IMG/VR virus record: IMGVR_UViG_3300012201_000001
Coordinates: 1 to 60,657 of that record
Origin: a virus
Lineage: Duplodnaviria; Caudoviricetes
DNA: 60,657 bases
Direction: 5' to 3' (one strand)
Each line of letters starts with the position of its first letter. Position 1 is the stretch's first letter. Made by a program: the position numbers and the translations under genes. The notes beneath the pieces were generated by a model, which was given only the letters and a program-made list of their open reading frames with translations, was not told the DNA's origin and did not search any database. Positions 9,260 to 18,650 of this stretch are shown one piece after another.

Positions 9260-9498
9260 TGTCGCGTCGCACGCGTGCGACGACCCGCCCTGCCGCCCCT
9301 GCTCACCGTGACGGTCACGCACTCCGTCGGCTCCGGCAGCGATCTCGGGTCCACGTCGGCCACGTCGCGCATCGCGTCCGCGATCGTCAGCGCGGGCATC
9401 ATCGAGCAAGGGCACAGAACGCGTCGACGGTCCCCAACCTTGTAGAGCCTGCGGCAGCGCGGGCAGCGCGCGCAGCGCCTAGCCTGCTCCGTCATCAA
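9256..9498 (-). CDS. Small Zn-finger hypothetical protein
   Basis: Cys-rich, overlap-coupled to the MTase start. Confidence 0.45.
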   Translation of the reverse strand: MMTEQARRCARCPRCRRLYKVGDRRRVLCPCSMMPALTIADAMRDVADVDPRSLPEPTECVTVTVSRGGRAGRRTRATRQ

Positions 9499-10009
9499 AC
9501 TGGAACCCGCAGCGGGGGCAGGTGTGCGCCAGCGCCCCGTTCGGGCTCGCCTCCGGGAACTCCACCGGAGCCTCCGCCGCCAGCTTCTTGATCAGCCGCT
9601 CCACGTCCCCGCGCTCCCACGCGGCCGCGGCCACGCCCTCCTCGTCCAGCGAGCCGAGGATCCGCGCCAGCATCGCGTCGTCGTAGCGGCTGAAGTCCGA
9701 CGTCCGGTTGTCCGCGAGCATGATCTCCAGCGCCTGCTGGGAGTCGCCCTTGATCGGCAGCCGGTGGACCTGCATGCTCGCCCGCCCCAGCGATAACGCC
9801 GCCTGGTAGGTGTGGTTGCCGGCCAGGATGTAGCCGTCCTCGGAGATCACGATGGCGCGGAACTGGCCGTGGGCCGCCAGCGACTGCGCGATCAGCTCCG
9901 GGTCCGCGGCGCGCGGGTTGGCGGGGTGCTGCCTGAGCTCCTCGACGTCGACCGTCTCCAGGTTCAGCTCGGGCAGGATCCGGCGCGCCTGCTTGACCTT
10001 GGCCGCCAC
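9479..10009 (-). CDS. ParB/Srx N-terminal-domain protein with C-terminal Zn ribbon
   Basis: 'LRQHPANPR', 'SLAAHGQFRAIVI', 'ILAGNHT', 'LADNR', 'CPRCG'. Confidence 0.8.
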   Translation of the reverse strand: MAAKVKQARRILPELNLETVDVEELRQHPANPRAADPELIAQSLAAHGQFRAIVISEDGYILAGNHTYQAALSLGRASMQVHRLPIKGDSQQALEIMLADNRTSDFSRYDDAMLARILGSLDEEGVAAAAWERGDVERLIKKLAAEAPVEFPEASPNGALAHTCPRCGFQFDDGAG

Positions 10010-10018
10010 GCGCGAAGT

Positions 10019-10372
10019 CTACCGTCGCCGTGCCTGCCGCGCGCGCTGCCATCGCTCGCGGTCCTCCGTCGACGGCAGGAGGCCGCCCGGCCGCTCCTGC
10101 GTGCTGGCGTAGAGACGCTCCCCGAACCCCACTCCTGCCCGCGCGCTCAGCGATGCCACGTCCAGCGCGCACCAGCCCGCAGCGCACCGATGGTCGTCCG
10201 CCGCGCGCTGCGCCTTCGGCCGCGTCTCCTCGTCGACCAGGACTCCGCACGCCGGGCAACCCCAGCGGAAGCGGTAGACCGGGTTGGAGTAGCCGCCGCC
10301 CTGGAGGAGCACGTACACGACGCGCTGGCGCTCGCTGGTCGACGGCAGGGAAACGACGGCGCTTTGGTTCAC
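10019..10372 (-). CDS. Hypothetical protein
   Basis: 117 aa with CPAC motif. Confidence 0.45.
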   Translation of the reverse strand: MNQSAVVSLPSTSERQRVVYVLLQGGGYSNPVYRFRWGCPACGVLVDEETRPKAQRAADDHRCAAGWCALDVASLSARAGVGFGERLYASTQERPGGLLPSTEDRERWQRARQARRR

Positions 10373-10884
10373 GGCAACGCCTCCTGGCGCGTGCGCAGCG
10401 CCAGCTCGGTCACCTTCACGGACAGGCAGGGCTCCCCGAACTGCTTGCGCTCGTGCGACTCCACGATCGCGTTGTCGTCGAGCACCACGTACGCCTGCGT
10501 GAGCGAGTCGTAGACCGCGCGCACCAGCTTGTCCAGGTCCGGCTTGGTCACCTTCTCGGCCGGCGCGCTGCGCAGGAGCTGGCCCGCGTTCTTGCCGCTC
10601 CCGTAGTGACCGGCGGGGCGGGCGAAGTTGAACTCCAGCTCCACCATCGCCGCCTCCATCGGCCTGTCCATCCCGGCCGCGACGCGCGCGCTGCGGGCGG
10701 CGTCTATCACCCGACCCGCCCAGCGCAGCAACTCCGTCTGGTTGTCGGGGATCAGTATCGTCTTCCCCGTCAAACGACCCCGCCCTGGAACCGGGCGCAG
10801 GCTACCCTTCGGCGTCGGTTCCCCGAACACGGTGAACTCCAGGACCCTGCCGGCGACCTCGACGCTCACGTCCGTTCCCTCCAT
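10369..10884 (-). CDS. rusA: RusA-family Holliday junction resolvase
   Basis: 'GEPTPKGS', 'KPDLDKLVRAVYDSLT...DDNAIV'. Confidence 0.85.
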   Translation of the reverse strand: MEGTDVSVEVAGRVLEFTVFGEPTPKGSLRPVPGRGRLTGKTILIPDNQTELLRWAGRVIDAARSARVAAGMDRPMEAAMVELEFNFARPAGHYGSGKNAGQLLRSAPAEKVTKPDLDKLVRAVYDSLTQAYVVLDDNAIVESHERKQFGEPCLSVKVTELALRTRQEALP

Positions 10885-11157
10885 GCATGCCAGGCCAAGT
10901 GCAAGAGAAAGGCAGTGACCAGAATCGCAATCGTCAGTGCCATCAGCGCTTGGTCGGTCATCGCTTGCGCGCCTCTTCTGCCGCCGTGTTGTGGAGGTCC
11001 ATGAGCGCGCGCCCTGCGAGTTCCTCATCCTGCCGGAGCAGCTCGGGTGACATCGGGATCACGACCTCCAGCCCGTCCGGGTGGAGGAAGCCGACGATGA
11101 CCTGTCCGGGGTAGTTGACGCGGAACCGCTCGAGCCGCTCCGCCAGCCCTCGCGCCG

Positions 11158-11490
11158 TCATCGCCCCGCCCTCCGCCTGCGGTAGTAGCCGCCCGGCCGT
11201 GCCTCCCACACCTCGACCTTGGTCGCCGGTCCGCCCACGCCCTGGTCCTCCCAGCGCTGCTTGACCTCCGTCGCCTCGACCCCGTCCAGGACCTGCTCGA
11301 TGGCGACCAGCACGCCGTCCGAGACGCCGACCACCAGGTCACCGACGACCGCCTGCTCCAGCAGCGAGCGCCGCCTCGGCTTCTTCGGCTCCGTGCCGGG
11401 GATGGTCGTCTGCCCGATCGCGAGCGACCCGTCGACCATGCCTGCGATCCCTCTCCGCTTCGTCTGCGTCGCCGTGGCTTCGTCCGTCAT
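11158..11490 (-). CDS. Hypothetical protein
   Basis: Starts MTDEATATQ, overlap-coupled. Confidence 0.45.
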   Translation of the reverse strand: MTDEATATQTKRRGIAGMVDGSLAIGQTTIPGTEPKKPRRRSLLEQAVVGDLVVGVSDGVLVAIEQVLDGVEATEVKQRWEDQGVGGPATKVEVWEARPGGYYRRRRAGR

Positions 11491-12020
11491 CTCTCGAACC
11501 TCGCTTGTTCCTTCCACGAGCCGAACGACGGCGGCTCGACACCGTTGAGGTCGGCGACCTCGCACACGTACCCGAATCGCCGGTTGGCCGGCCACTCCGT
11601 CCCGTCCTGGTCGAAGAACAGCAGCGCCAGCGATCCCTTGGCCGCCAGCGCCGCCGTCACGTACCGCCGCAGCTCCTCCACCGCCGCGCTCTGGAGCGCC
11701 GACCGCAGCTCGCGGTCCAGCCCGTGACCGACGCGCCCCGTGACCGCGCGGTGATGCGCGCGGCAGAGGCAAGCGCAGACGAGGTGCGACGAGCTCCAGG
11801 GCTCCCGCTCCCGCCCGAAGTTGTGGTGGCGCTCCAGCAAGACGGTGGTCCCGCATCCGAGGACCTCGCAGCGACCCGCCCGCATCACGACGCTCCGCTC
11901 GTGCTCGATCCACGCCCGCCACTCCGCCGCCTTCGTCGAGACCGGCCGCAGGCGCTGCCCGCGCTCGAACCTGCTCCTGGTTCGCAGCGGCGTCCTCCGC
12001 CTCAGCTCCGAGCGCCTCAA
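11487..12020 (-). CDS. HNH-like/Zn-binding hypothetical protein
   Basis: 'MRRSELRRRTPL', 'CEVLGC...ERHH...CLCRAHH'. Confidence 0.6.
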   Translation of the reverse strand: MRRSELRRRTPLRTRSRFERGQRLRPVSTKAAEWRAWIEHERSVVMRAGRCEVLGCGTTVLLERHHNFGREREPWSSSHLVCACLCRAHHRAVTGRVGHGLDRELRSALQSAAVEELRRYVTAALAAKGSLALLFFDQDGTEWPANRRFGYVCEVADLNGVEPPSFGSWKEQARFER

Positions 12021-12023
12021 CCG

Positions 12024-12176
12024 ACTATCACCTCTCCACTATCTCCTCCGTCGCCCCCGGTCCCTTCCTCGACCCGGGGTTAACTATCACCCCCCTCCTA
12101 TAGGAGGGGTGATAGTAACCGGGGAGAGCAGGACCTCCGGGCGGACTATCAGGGACGACTATCAAGGAACTATCAC
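12024..12176. repeat. ACTATCA iteron-like repeats with central palindrome (candidate origin)
   Basis: ACTATC(A) at 12024, 12038, 12083, 12145, 12158, 12169 and inverted at 12110-12116. Confidence 0.7.
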
Positions 12177-12179
12177 ACC

Positions 12180-13589
12180 TCACCCGATCTCCTCCTGGTC
12201 CTCCGGCGCGGGCCGGTCGAGGTCCTCCTGGACGTTGCCCGGGTCCAGCTCGTAGCGCCCGTCGGCGAGCCTGATGACCAGGCCCCGCTTGACCATCCGT
12301 CCGAGCGCGGTCAGCATCCGCGCCACGTCGTCCTTGGTCGCCTTCATGCCCAGCGCCGAGCGCAGGGCTCCGGGGTCCTGCGCCCCCTCCCGCAGCTCGG
12401 CCAGGACCCGCTGCGGCAGCGGGAGCTGCTTGGCGAGCGACTCGTCCGTGATCTTCTCCGTGAAGTCAAACCGGATGTCCTCCCCCTGGCGCTCGATCAC
12501 GATCCCCAGCGGCGCCATCTTCCAGGAGTAGTTGGCCTTGGTGTGCTTTAGCACCAGCTCCTGCCGCGTCGCCGTCGCCTCCCGCTCCCCGGCCAGGTAG
12601 AACATCTGCCGCGCCAGCCACTGCTTGGAGACCGAACCGTAGCTCTTGAGCGGCGTCTCCCCGCTCCCGTTTTGGCGCATCGCCTCCCCGGTCACGTGGT
12701 CGATCAGCAGCCAGGTGACGTCGGTCCCGCTGACCTCGCGGATGGTGGTGAACGCCTTGATCGCCGCCTCCGCCGGGTCCGCCTCCGCGTGGGCGACCCC
12801 GAACGCCTGGTTGACCGCGTCGACGATGACCAGGCCGAAGCCGTTCTCCGTCACCAGGTCGGCGATCGCCTCCGCGTCGTCCGCCAGCCTGCGCCTGCAC
12901 GCGCGGTAGGCCACCGCCCGCGGCGAGAGCCTGGCGCCCCGAGCTACCGCGTTCAGCCGGTCCTGCCAGATCTCGCGCGTCGCCTCCCAGTCCAGGATGA
13001 GCACCGGCGCCGTCTCGGCCACGGTCCAGCCCGTGAACACGCTGCTGCCGGATTCCACGGAGAGCGCGACCGCCGCCGCCAGCGTCGACTTGCCGGTCCC
13101 GCCCTCCCCATAGAGCAAGGTCGGCATCCCCCGCGGCAGCATCGGCCCCAGCAGGTAGCGCAGCGGGGTCGAGCGCGCCTCCGGGTCCGTGCGCTGGAGC
13201 GGCTCCCCCTGGCGCTCCAGGCGCACCACCTCGCGACAGAAGAGGTCCAGGTACTGGCCCCAGTCACCCGTCACCCGCTCCCCCAGACGTTTGGCGATCC
13301 CCTCCCGCGTCCGCGGCGCGAGCAGGTTCATGACCCCCCACTCGATCACCCCGTCGACCGTGCCCGCGCTCGGGCAGCTGATGGTGAGCTCCCCGTCGAA
13401 GGAGTTGCTGCTCAGGTGCTCCTTGAGGTGGGTGACCTTGATCGTGACCGCGCCCATCCGCGCCACCCAGCCCAGCGCGATCCGCTCCAGCTCCGGCGCC
13501 CGCTCCGCCCGCGCCAGGACCGGCTTGGCGCCCTCCTGGACCGCCTGGCGCGCCGCCTCCCGTCCGACGGTCGTCTTAGCGGTCCCCAA
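12180..13589 (-). CDS. RecA-fold/AAA replicative helicase-like protein
   Basis: Walker A 'GEGGTGKST', 'LILDWE', Walker B 'LVIVD', C-terminal wHTH-like tail. Confidence 0.8.
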   Translation of the reverse strand: MGTAKTTVGREAARQAVQEGAKPVLARAERAPELERIALGWVARMGAVTIKVTHLKEHLSSNSFDGELTISCPSAGTVDGVIEWGVMNLLAPRTREGIAKRLGERVTGDWGQYLDLFCREVVRLERQGEPLQRTDPEARSTPLRYLLGPMLPRGMPTLLYGEGGTGKSTLAAAVALSVESGSSVFTGWTVAETAPVLILDWEATREIWQDRLNAVARGARLSPRAVAYRACRRRLADDAEAIADLVTENGFGLVIVDAVNQAFGVAHAEADPAEAAIKAFTTIREVSGTDVTWLLIDHVTGEAMRQNGSGETPLKSYGSVSKQWLARQMFYLAGEREATATRQELVLKHTKANYSWKMAPLGIVIERQGEDIRFDFTEKITDESLAKQLPLPQRVLAELREGAQDPGALRSALGMKATKDDVARMLTALGRMVKRGLVIRLADGRYELDPGNVQEDLDRPAPEDQEEIG

Positions 13590-14058
13590 GCCGCAGCCTC
13601 CTCTCGCCCAGCTCGTAGGCCACCTGGAGCCCCCGGCGCTCGGTCCACTCCGTCGGCCGCGGCCAGGTCGCGATCAGCCGCGCCTCGTCCTGGAGCTGCG
13701 CGGTCGAGAGGTTGACGACGTCGTCCCCGTGGCCGCGGTTACCGACCAGGCGCAGGTCGAAGCAGAACGCCTCCTCGGCGGTCGCCCCGTCCCAGAGCTC
13801 CGCCAGCGCCTCCCGCCAGCCCTTCATCGACTCCGTCTCCGGCAGGCCCAGCAGCTCGCGGACGTGAATCCGCAGCGCCACGTCCCGCTCCGTGGCCGCG
13901 GTCGTCGGCACGCCCGAGCCCCCAGGATCGACCAGGAGCCGCTCAAAACCCTCCCCCGCCTGCTCCTCCGCGTCGGCCGCTTCGAGCACGCCTTGGACCT
14001 CCTGCCAGGTCAGGCGGCGTTCCAGCGCGAGCTCGGTCAGCCGCGTCGCCAGGCTCAC
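13576..14058 (-). CDS. Hypothetical protein
   Basis: 160 aa, coding-like composition. Confidence 0.55.
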   Translation of the reverse strand: MSLATRLTELALERRLTWQEVQGVLEAADAEEQAGEGFERLLVDPGGSGVPTTAATERDVALRIHVRELLGLPETESMKGWREALAELWDGATAEEAFCFDLRLVGNRGHGDDVVNLSTAQLQDEARLIATWPRPTEWTERRGLQVAYELGERRLRLGDR

Positions 14059-14632
14059 GTGGCCCCTCTCCGGCGGGCTCTCCGCCGCGCTTCCTTAAGG
14101 CGGTCGTTCGCCCGCTGTCTCTCCAGCGCCGGTGTGGTCGGCCGCCACCCGCAGTTCCTGCACGTCGCGCGCATCCTCGTCCCGCAGTAGCGGCAGGGGA
14201 ACGATGTCGGCCTCGTCATCGCGGCCTCCCCGGCTCGTCCGGCCGCTCCTCGTCGCCCAGCCAGCGCTCCTGCTCGAAGCGCTCCATGACCTGCTGGATC
14301 GGCTTGTCGGTCAGGTAGTGGACGACGTGCGCGATCACCTGCTCCGCCTCCCGCTGCGCCTCCGAGCCGGTGCCCTTGACCAGGTGCTCGATCTCGATCG
14401 TCAGCTCGAGGATCGAGGTCGCCCCGTCGGGGATCAGCCTCCACTTCAGGACCATCGCGGATCCCGCTTCACCAGGCAGGCGCGGTCGAGGTCGACCGAG
14501 ACGCGGTTCACGCCCTCCTCGCCGACCAGGTAGCGACCGCACAGCTCCCTCGTCCTCCACACGCGACCGCGGAACTCGAACTGGTCCCCCGGCCGCGCCG
14601 GAGCCTGCGGGCGCTCCCCGTCGGTCGACGCG

Positions 14633-15091
14633 TCATTCATGGATCGCTCCTCTTTGCGTCGGCTCCACGCCGGTCGACGCCCAGCGGTAGCCGCGGCCGC
14701 TCGGGTCAGGCGCCCGCGCCAGGCGCCCCCGCGCCATCGCGTCGGCGACGTTCCGCTGCTGCGTCTGCCACTCCAGGTCGCCGGGGTGGACGCAGAGCGA
14801 GTCGTCGCAGCGGTGAGCTGCGACGTAGACCTTGCCGTCCTCCGGCGGAGGGCCCACCGTCAGCAGCAGGGCGGCGCGGTGGGCGTTGACCAGCCCGACC
14901 TCGACGCTCAGGTGGAAGCGCCCGTAGACGCGGAACGCCTTGACGAGCTTGAGCTTGGGCGGCCGGCTCTTGACCACCGCGCCCATCCAGTGCCAGCAGT
15001 CGTCGTACGGGTCCAGGCGCTCGTCGCACCAAGGACCGTTGACCAGGTTCCAGAACCGCGCCTCGACCGCGCGCGTCATCCTGCTCGCCAT
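14633..15091 (-). CDS. HNH endonuclease
   Basis: 'RFW...CWHWMG...YGRF...AHRAA...HRCDDSLCVHPGDL...QRNVAD'. Confidence 0.8.
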   Translation of the reverse strand: MASRMTRAVEARFWNLVNGPWCDERLDPYDDCWHWMGAVVKSRPPKLKLVKAFRVYGRFHLSVEVGLVNAHRAALLLTVGPPPEDGKVYVAAHRCDDSLCVHPGDLEWQTQQRNVADAMARGRLARAPDPSGRGYRWASTGVEPTQRGAIHE

Positions 15092-16503
15092 CAACCCTCC
15101 CGTTCTCCGACGCGACGCGACTTGAAAGCGGGTGGGCCCAGCGTCCAGCGCGCGAGCCCAGCGTCGACCAGCGGCGCCTTCATCTTCGAGGGCACCTTCT
15201 CCTCCGCGATCCCCGGCGGGTACATGACCGCCTCCCCCGCCCAGCCCGCCAGCTTGAGGTGCTGCACGATCTCCAGCGCCCGCGCCTGGTTCGCCCGCCA
15301 CTGCTGCTTGTGCGGGCGCAGGAACCCGACCTCCAGCCCGTTCACGATCAGCGCGTCGCGCTCCTTGAGGAACGCCTGCAGCGCCTCCCGCTGGCCGGCC
15401 GCCATCGCCCTGGTCCGGATCCACCGCTGCGCCAGCTCCAGCGCGCCCTCGGGGTCGAACGGGACCAGGCGCGCCTCCGGCAGCGAGGCGGCGCAGGTCG
15501 TCCGCAGCGCGCAGGTCTCGCAGGCGGCGCACCCGGTCGGCGGCGCGTCCCGCTGCTGCCAGCGCTGCGCCAGCCCGTAGAGCACGCCCCGCCACCATTC
15601 GTCCAGGTCGCCGCGCATGTACGTGATCACCATCGGCTCGCCCCGGTAGCGGATGTGGTCGATCTCCGTCTCCACCTCCTCCAGGGAGCCGCCGAGCTGC
15701 GCGTCGAGGAACGCGAGCTGGGCGTAGAACCGGCGCTGGAACTCGTGCGGGATCACGCGGTGGTCGGACCCGTTCGCGGTCGGCGCCTCATCGTCCAGGG
15801 CGCGCCCCCCGCTCGCCTGCCAGCCGGTCTTGTAGTCGCGGATGCGGACGATCCGCGGCGGGTCATCGAGGTCCTCGCCGTCCATGCGGTCGATGCGGTC
15901 CACGCGGCCGACTAGCCAGCACCAGCCCGCGTCGGCGCGCAGCGTGTGCTCGATGGCGGGCCTGCGCCCGAGGACCAGCAGGCGGTGGGCCTCCAGGAGA
16001 CGCGAGGAGCAGAAGCCCTGCACCAGGTCGACTGCCTCCCCGTAGCGGTTGGGGTCCGCGCCCGGCGCCCGGAAGAACGCCTCGCGCACCAGGCGCTCGA
16101 CCTCCGACAGCATCGACTCCTCGCCCCGCGCCAGGCAGAGCTGCCAGTAGGCGTGGATGGCGTCGTGGATCACGGAGCCGAACTCCGCGTCCGGCGAGTG
16201 CGCGTCCTGGTGCTGCGCGCACTGCAGGAAGTCCTCGACCCACGACCGGCGCAGCTCTGGCCTGCCGTCCTCCGCCAGCGGGACCTCGACGTGGTCGGGC
16301 GTCCAGCGCTCGCGCAGCCTGCGCAGCGCCGCCGGCCCCGTCCGCGGCAGGCGCTTGACGTGGCGCTTCGCGCAGAGGTACGCGGTGTGGCGGTCGGGGT
16401 GCGTGTGCGCGCACATCCAGACCGGGCGCTTGTCGGCCGTGACGAGCGCGTAGTAGCCCCTCCCCGGGGCGGGGACCTTTCGATAGGTCGGTCGCATGGT
16501 CAT
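15091..16503 (-). CDS. PD-(D/E)xK RecB/AddB-like exonuclease
   Basis: 'FGSVIHDAIH', 'GRVDRID', 'RDYKTG', 'QRRFYA', C-terminal 'CAACETCALRTTC'. Confidence 0.82.
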   Translation of the reverse strand: MTMRPTYRKVPAPGRGYYALVTADKRPVWMCAHTHPDRHTAYLCAKRHVKRLPRTGPAALRRLRERWTPDHVEVPLAEDGRPELRRSWVEDFLQCAQHQDAHSPDAEFGSVIHDAIHAYWQLCLARGEESMLSEVERLVREAFFRAPGADPNRYGEAVDLVQGFCSSRLLEAHRLLVLGRRPAIEHTLRADAGWCWLVGRVDRIDRMDGEDLDDPPRIVRIRDYKTGWQASGGRALDDEAPTANGSDHRVIPHEFQRRFYAQLAFLDAQLGGSLEEVETEIDHIRYRGEPMVITYMRGDLDEWWRGVLYGLAQRWQQRDAPPTGCAACETCALRTTCAASLPEARLVPFDPEGALELAQRWIRTRAMAAGQREALQAFLKERDALIVNGLEVGFLRPHKQQWRANQARALEIVQHLKLAGWAGEAVMYPPGIAEEKVPSKMKAPLVDAGLARWTLGPPAFKSRRVGEREG

Positions 16504-16760
16504 CTCCTGAGGCGGGCGATGATTCGGGCGATCAGCGTAGGGCGAGGCTGCTCCGCGGTCACGGCCTCCACCACGCCGACGGCGAGCTCGAGCCCTGAGC
16601 GGCAGAGCGGGGTCGCCCCGCCGGTCAGGAAGGCGGCGTTGCACTTCTCGCAGCCGCGGCGGTGCTCGGCGAGCTCACGCAGCGGGTCGCAGATGGCAGC
16701 CGCGAGCTGCTTCAGGTAGAGCATGCCGAGGATCAGGTCCCTGTAGGCGCGGTCACTCAC
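16500..16760 (-). CDS. Hypothetical protein
   Basis: 86 aa, overlap-coupled. Confidence 0.5.
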   Translation of the reverse strand: MSDRAYRDLILGMLYLKQLAAAICDPLRELAEHRRGCEKCNAAFLTGGATPLCRSGLELAVGVVEAVTAEQPRPTLIARIIARLRR

Positions 16761-17065
16761 CCGACGACCCGCGCCTCGATCCCGCAGAGCATGATCTCGG
16801 GCGTCGTCAGCCTCCGCTTGGCGATCTCCCTCTCGAAGGGCCAGGCGATTTTACGCAGCTCGTAGGCCCGGTCCACCAGCGCCTGGTATCCCTCCGGCGC
16901 CTTGTAACCAGGGAGCGCCTCAGGAGGAACTCCGGCGAGGATCGCGATGGTGTCTGCCTTGATCTCCTCGCTGCTCTTGAGCGGGGGCCATTTGAGAATC
17001 TGGCTCTCCGCCTCGGTGACCTCGATGTAGCAGACGTCCCACTCGGGGTCGAGCACGAGCCTCAT
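16757..17065 (-). CDS. Hypothetical protein
   Basis: 102 aa, overlap-coupled. Confidence 0.6.
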   Translation of the reverse strand: MRLVLDPEWDVCYIEVTEAESQILKWPPLKSSEEIKADTIAILAGVPPEALPGYKAPEGYQALVDRAYELRKIAWPFEREIAKRRLTTPEIMLCGIEARVVG

Positions 17066-17301
17066 CAGAGGGTCAGCCTCAGCGGGATCGCTGCGATGGC
17101 CGCTGGCGACGGGGAGCGGGTCTCCCGAAGATCATGCTCGAACTCGGCCTGGTCGTCCTCGAGGTGGGCGGCGATCCGCGTGATCACGGCGATCACCGGA
17201 ACCCCGCGCTCCGTCCTGCCCTCCCAGACCCGGCCCGGGACCGAGACGCCGTTGCTGATCAGCTCGACCACGCGGTCCGTGCTCTCGATGGTGATCCTCA
17301 T
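17065..17301 (-). CDS. Hypothetical protein
   Basis: 78 aa, 'RVWEGRTERG'. Confidence 0.65.
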   Translation of the reverse strand: MRITIESTDRVVELISNGVSVPGRVWEGRTERGVPVIAVITRIAAHLEDDQAEFEHDLRETRSPSPAAIAAIPLRLTL

Positions 17302-18650
17302 GTCGACCCCTCCAACGGCGGCAGGCCGCGCAGCCGCTCGCGCAGCCAGTCGGCGTGCTCCACGCGCAGCTCGGCGAACTTGGAGACCTCGCTCCCCGTC
17401 TCCGCGTTCATCGCCCGGATCGCCGCCCGCAGGCGCTCCAGCGCCTCCCCTCGCCAGGGGTTGGCGACGGAGGAGAACGGACGCCCCGGATCCTCCAGCC
17501 CGCCCGCCAGCTCCTTCAGCTCGTCGAGCTGGGCGCGGACCAGGAAGGGGCCCGGCTCCGAAGGCTCGCCAGGCAGGCCGGGTTCGGCGGAGCGGCCCTC
17601 GGCGGGCTCGCGGGACTCCTGGTCCCCGACCGCCGCCTTGGCCGTCCTAGGGCCTCGCAGGTCCTCCGGCACCAGGTGCTCCGGAAGCAGCCCCGCCACC
17701 GAGTCCACGGTCAGCCCCAGCGGGCTCGCGTTCAGGCGCTTGAGCGTCTCCCGCTGCGGCTCCGAGAGGAAGACCTCGCTGAGCGGGATCGCCGCCCAGC
17801 GCTGGACCTCGCGGACGTCGAAGCGCAGGGCGCAGGTCCAGTGCACCGACTTGACGCCGCGGTAGGTGGTCGTCGCCTTGCGGACCAGGGTCAGCGGCAC
17901 CCCCGCCGTCCGCCCCGCCAGCGAGGCCACCTTGAGGTCGAAGTCTGACTGCAGGTCCTTGATGCTGTTCACCGACCCCGTCGCCAGCTCCATGATCCCC
18001 AGCCACTTGCAGTAGTCCGGGTGCGAGGGGTCGGTCGCCGGGTGGAGCAGGACCGCGCGCAGGATCGCCACCGCCTTGCACGACGCGTCGGGGTCGTGAT
18101 CGGCCGCCAGCATCTGCTTGGTCTTGCTCGGGTCCTGCGGGTCCGGCTGCTCGGTCAGGTGCAGGTACTTCGGGCAGTCGCGGCCCCAGCAGCGCACGCG
18201 GTAGCGCGCCTGGCCGGAGGTCGAGGGCAGCGGCTCCGCGGCCTGGCCGGTCGCCCTCTCGATCCGCACCGCCCATGCCTCCTCGGTCGTGACCGCGTAG
18301 TCCGGCGACTCCGCGCTGTAGCCGTGGCCCTTGCACTTGAGGCCGCGCTGGCTGCCGTAGGCGCGGTTGTTGAGGTTGAACACCAGCTCGTCGCCGTCGC
18401 GGGTCTTGGCGTCCCATTCCTGGTAGAGCATCATCCGCAGCGCCTTGGGCTCGTGGCCGTAGATCTCCTGCACGTCCTCGGGCGCCTCGTCGAGGACGAA
18501 GTAGTCCGTCTCCGTCGGGTAGGTGCCGCGCATCGGCTCGGAGCGCGCGGCGCGCGTCCTGCCCGCGGCGGTGTTCCTGACGCGGACGCCGAGCCGGACC
18601 CGAAAATCACGACCAATCCTTCTGGCCTCGGACAACTCTGCGATCGGCAT
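17298..18650 (-). CDS. Gp3-like (recombination directionality factor-like) protein
   Basis: 'MPIAELSEARR...YPTETDYFV...IYGHEPKAL...YG...LKCKGHG' pattern; near the exonuclease. Confidence 0.7.
   Translation of the reverse strand: MPIAELSEARRIGRDFRVRLGVRVRNTAAGRTRAARSEPMRGTYPTETDYFVLDEAPEDVQEIYGHEPKALRMMLYQEWDAKTRDGDELVFNLNNRAYGSQRGLKCKGHGYSAESPDYAVTTEEAWAVRIERATGQAAEPLPSTSGQARYRVRCWGRDCPKYLHLTEQPDPQDPSKTKQMLAADHDPDASCKAVAILRAVLLHPATDPSHPDYCKWLGIMELATGSVNSIKDLQSDFDLKVASLAGRTAGVPLTLVRKATTTYRGVKSVHWTCALRFDVREVQRWAAIPLSEVFLSEPQRETLKRLNASPLGLTVDSVAGLLPEHLVPEDLRGPRTAKAAVGDQESREPAEGRSAEPGLPGEPSEPGPFLVRAQLDELKELAGGLEDPGRPFSSVANPWRGEALERLRAAIRAMNAETGSEVSKFAELRVEHADWLRERLRGLPPLEGST

Noticed and set aside
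9479-10009. ParB as a plasmid partition system
   Set aside because: No ParA or HTH domain; ParB-like nucleases commonly accompany phage DNA-modification genes.
15091-16503. Cas4 as part of a CRISPR system with the RAMP-like gene
   Set aside because: It is 26 kb away in a recombination module; an ordinary phage PD-(D/E)xK exonuclease is the simpler explanation.
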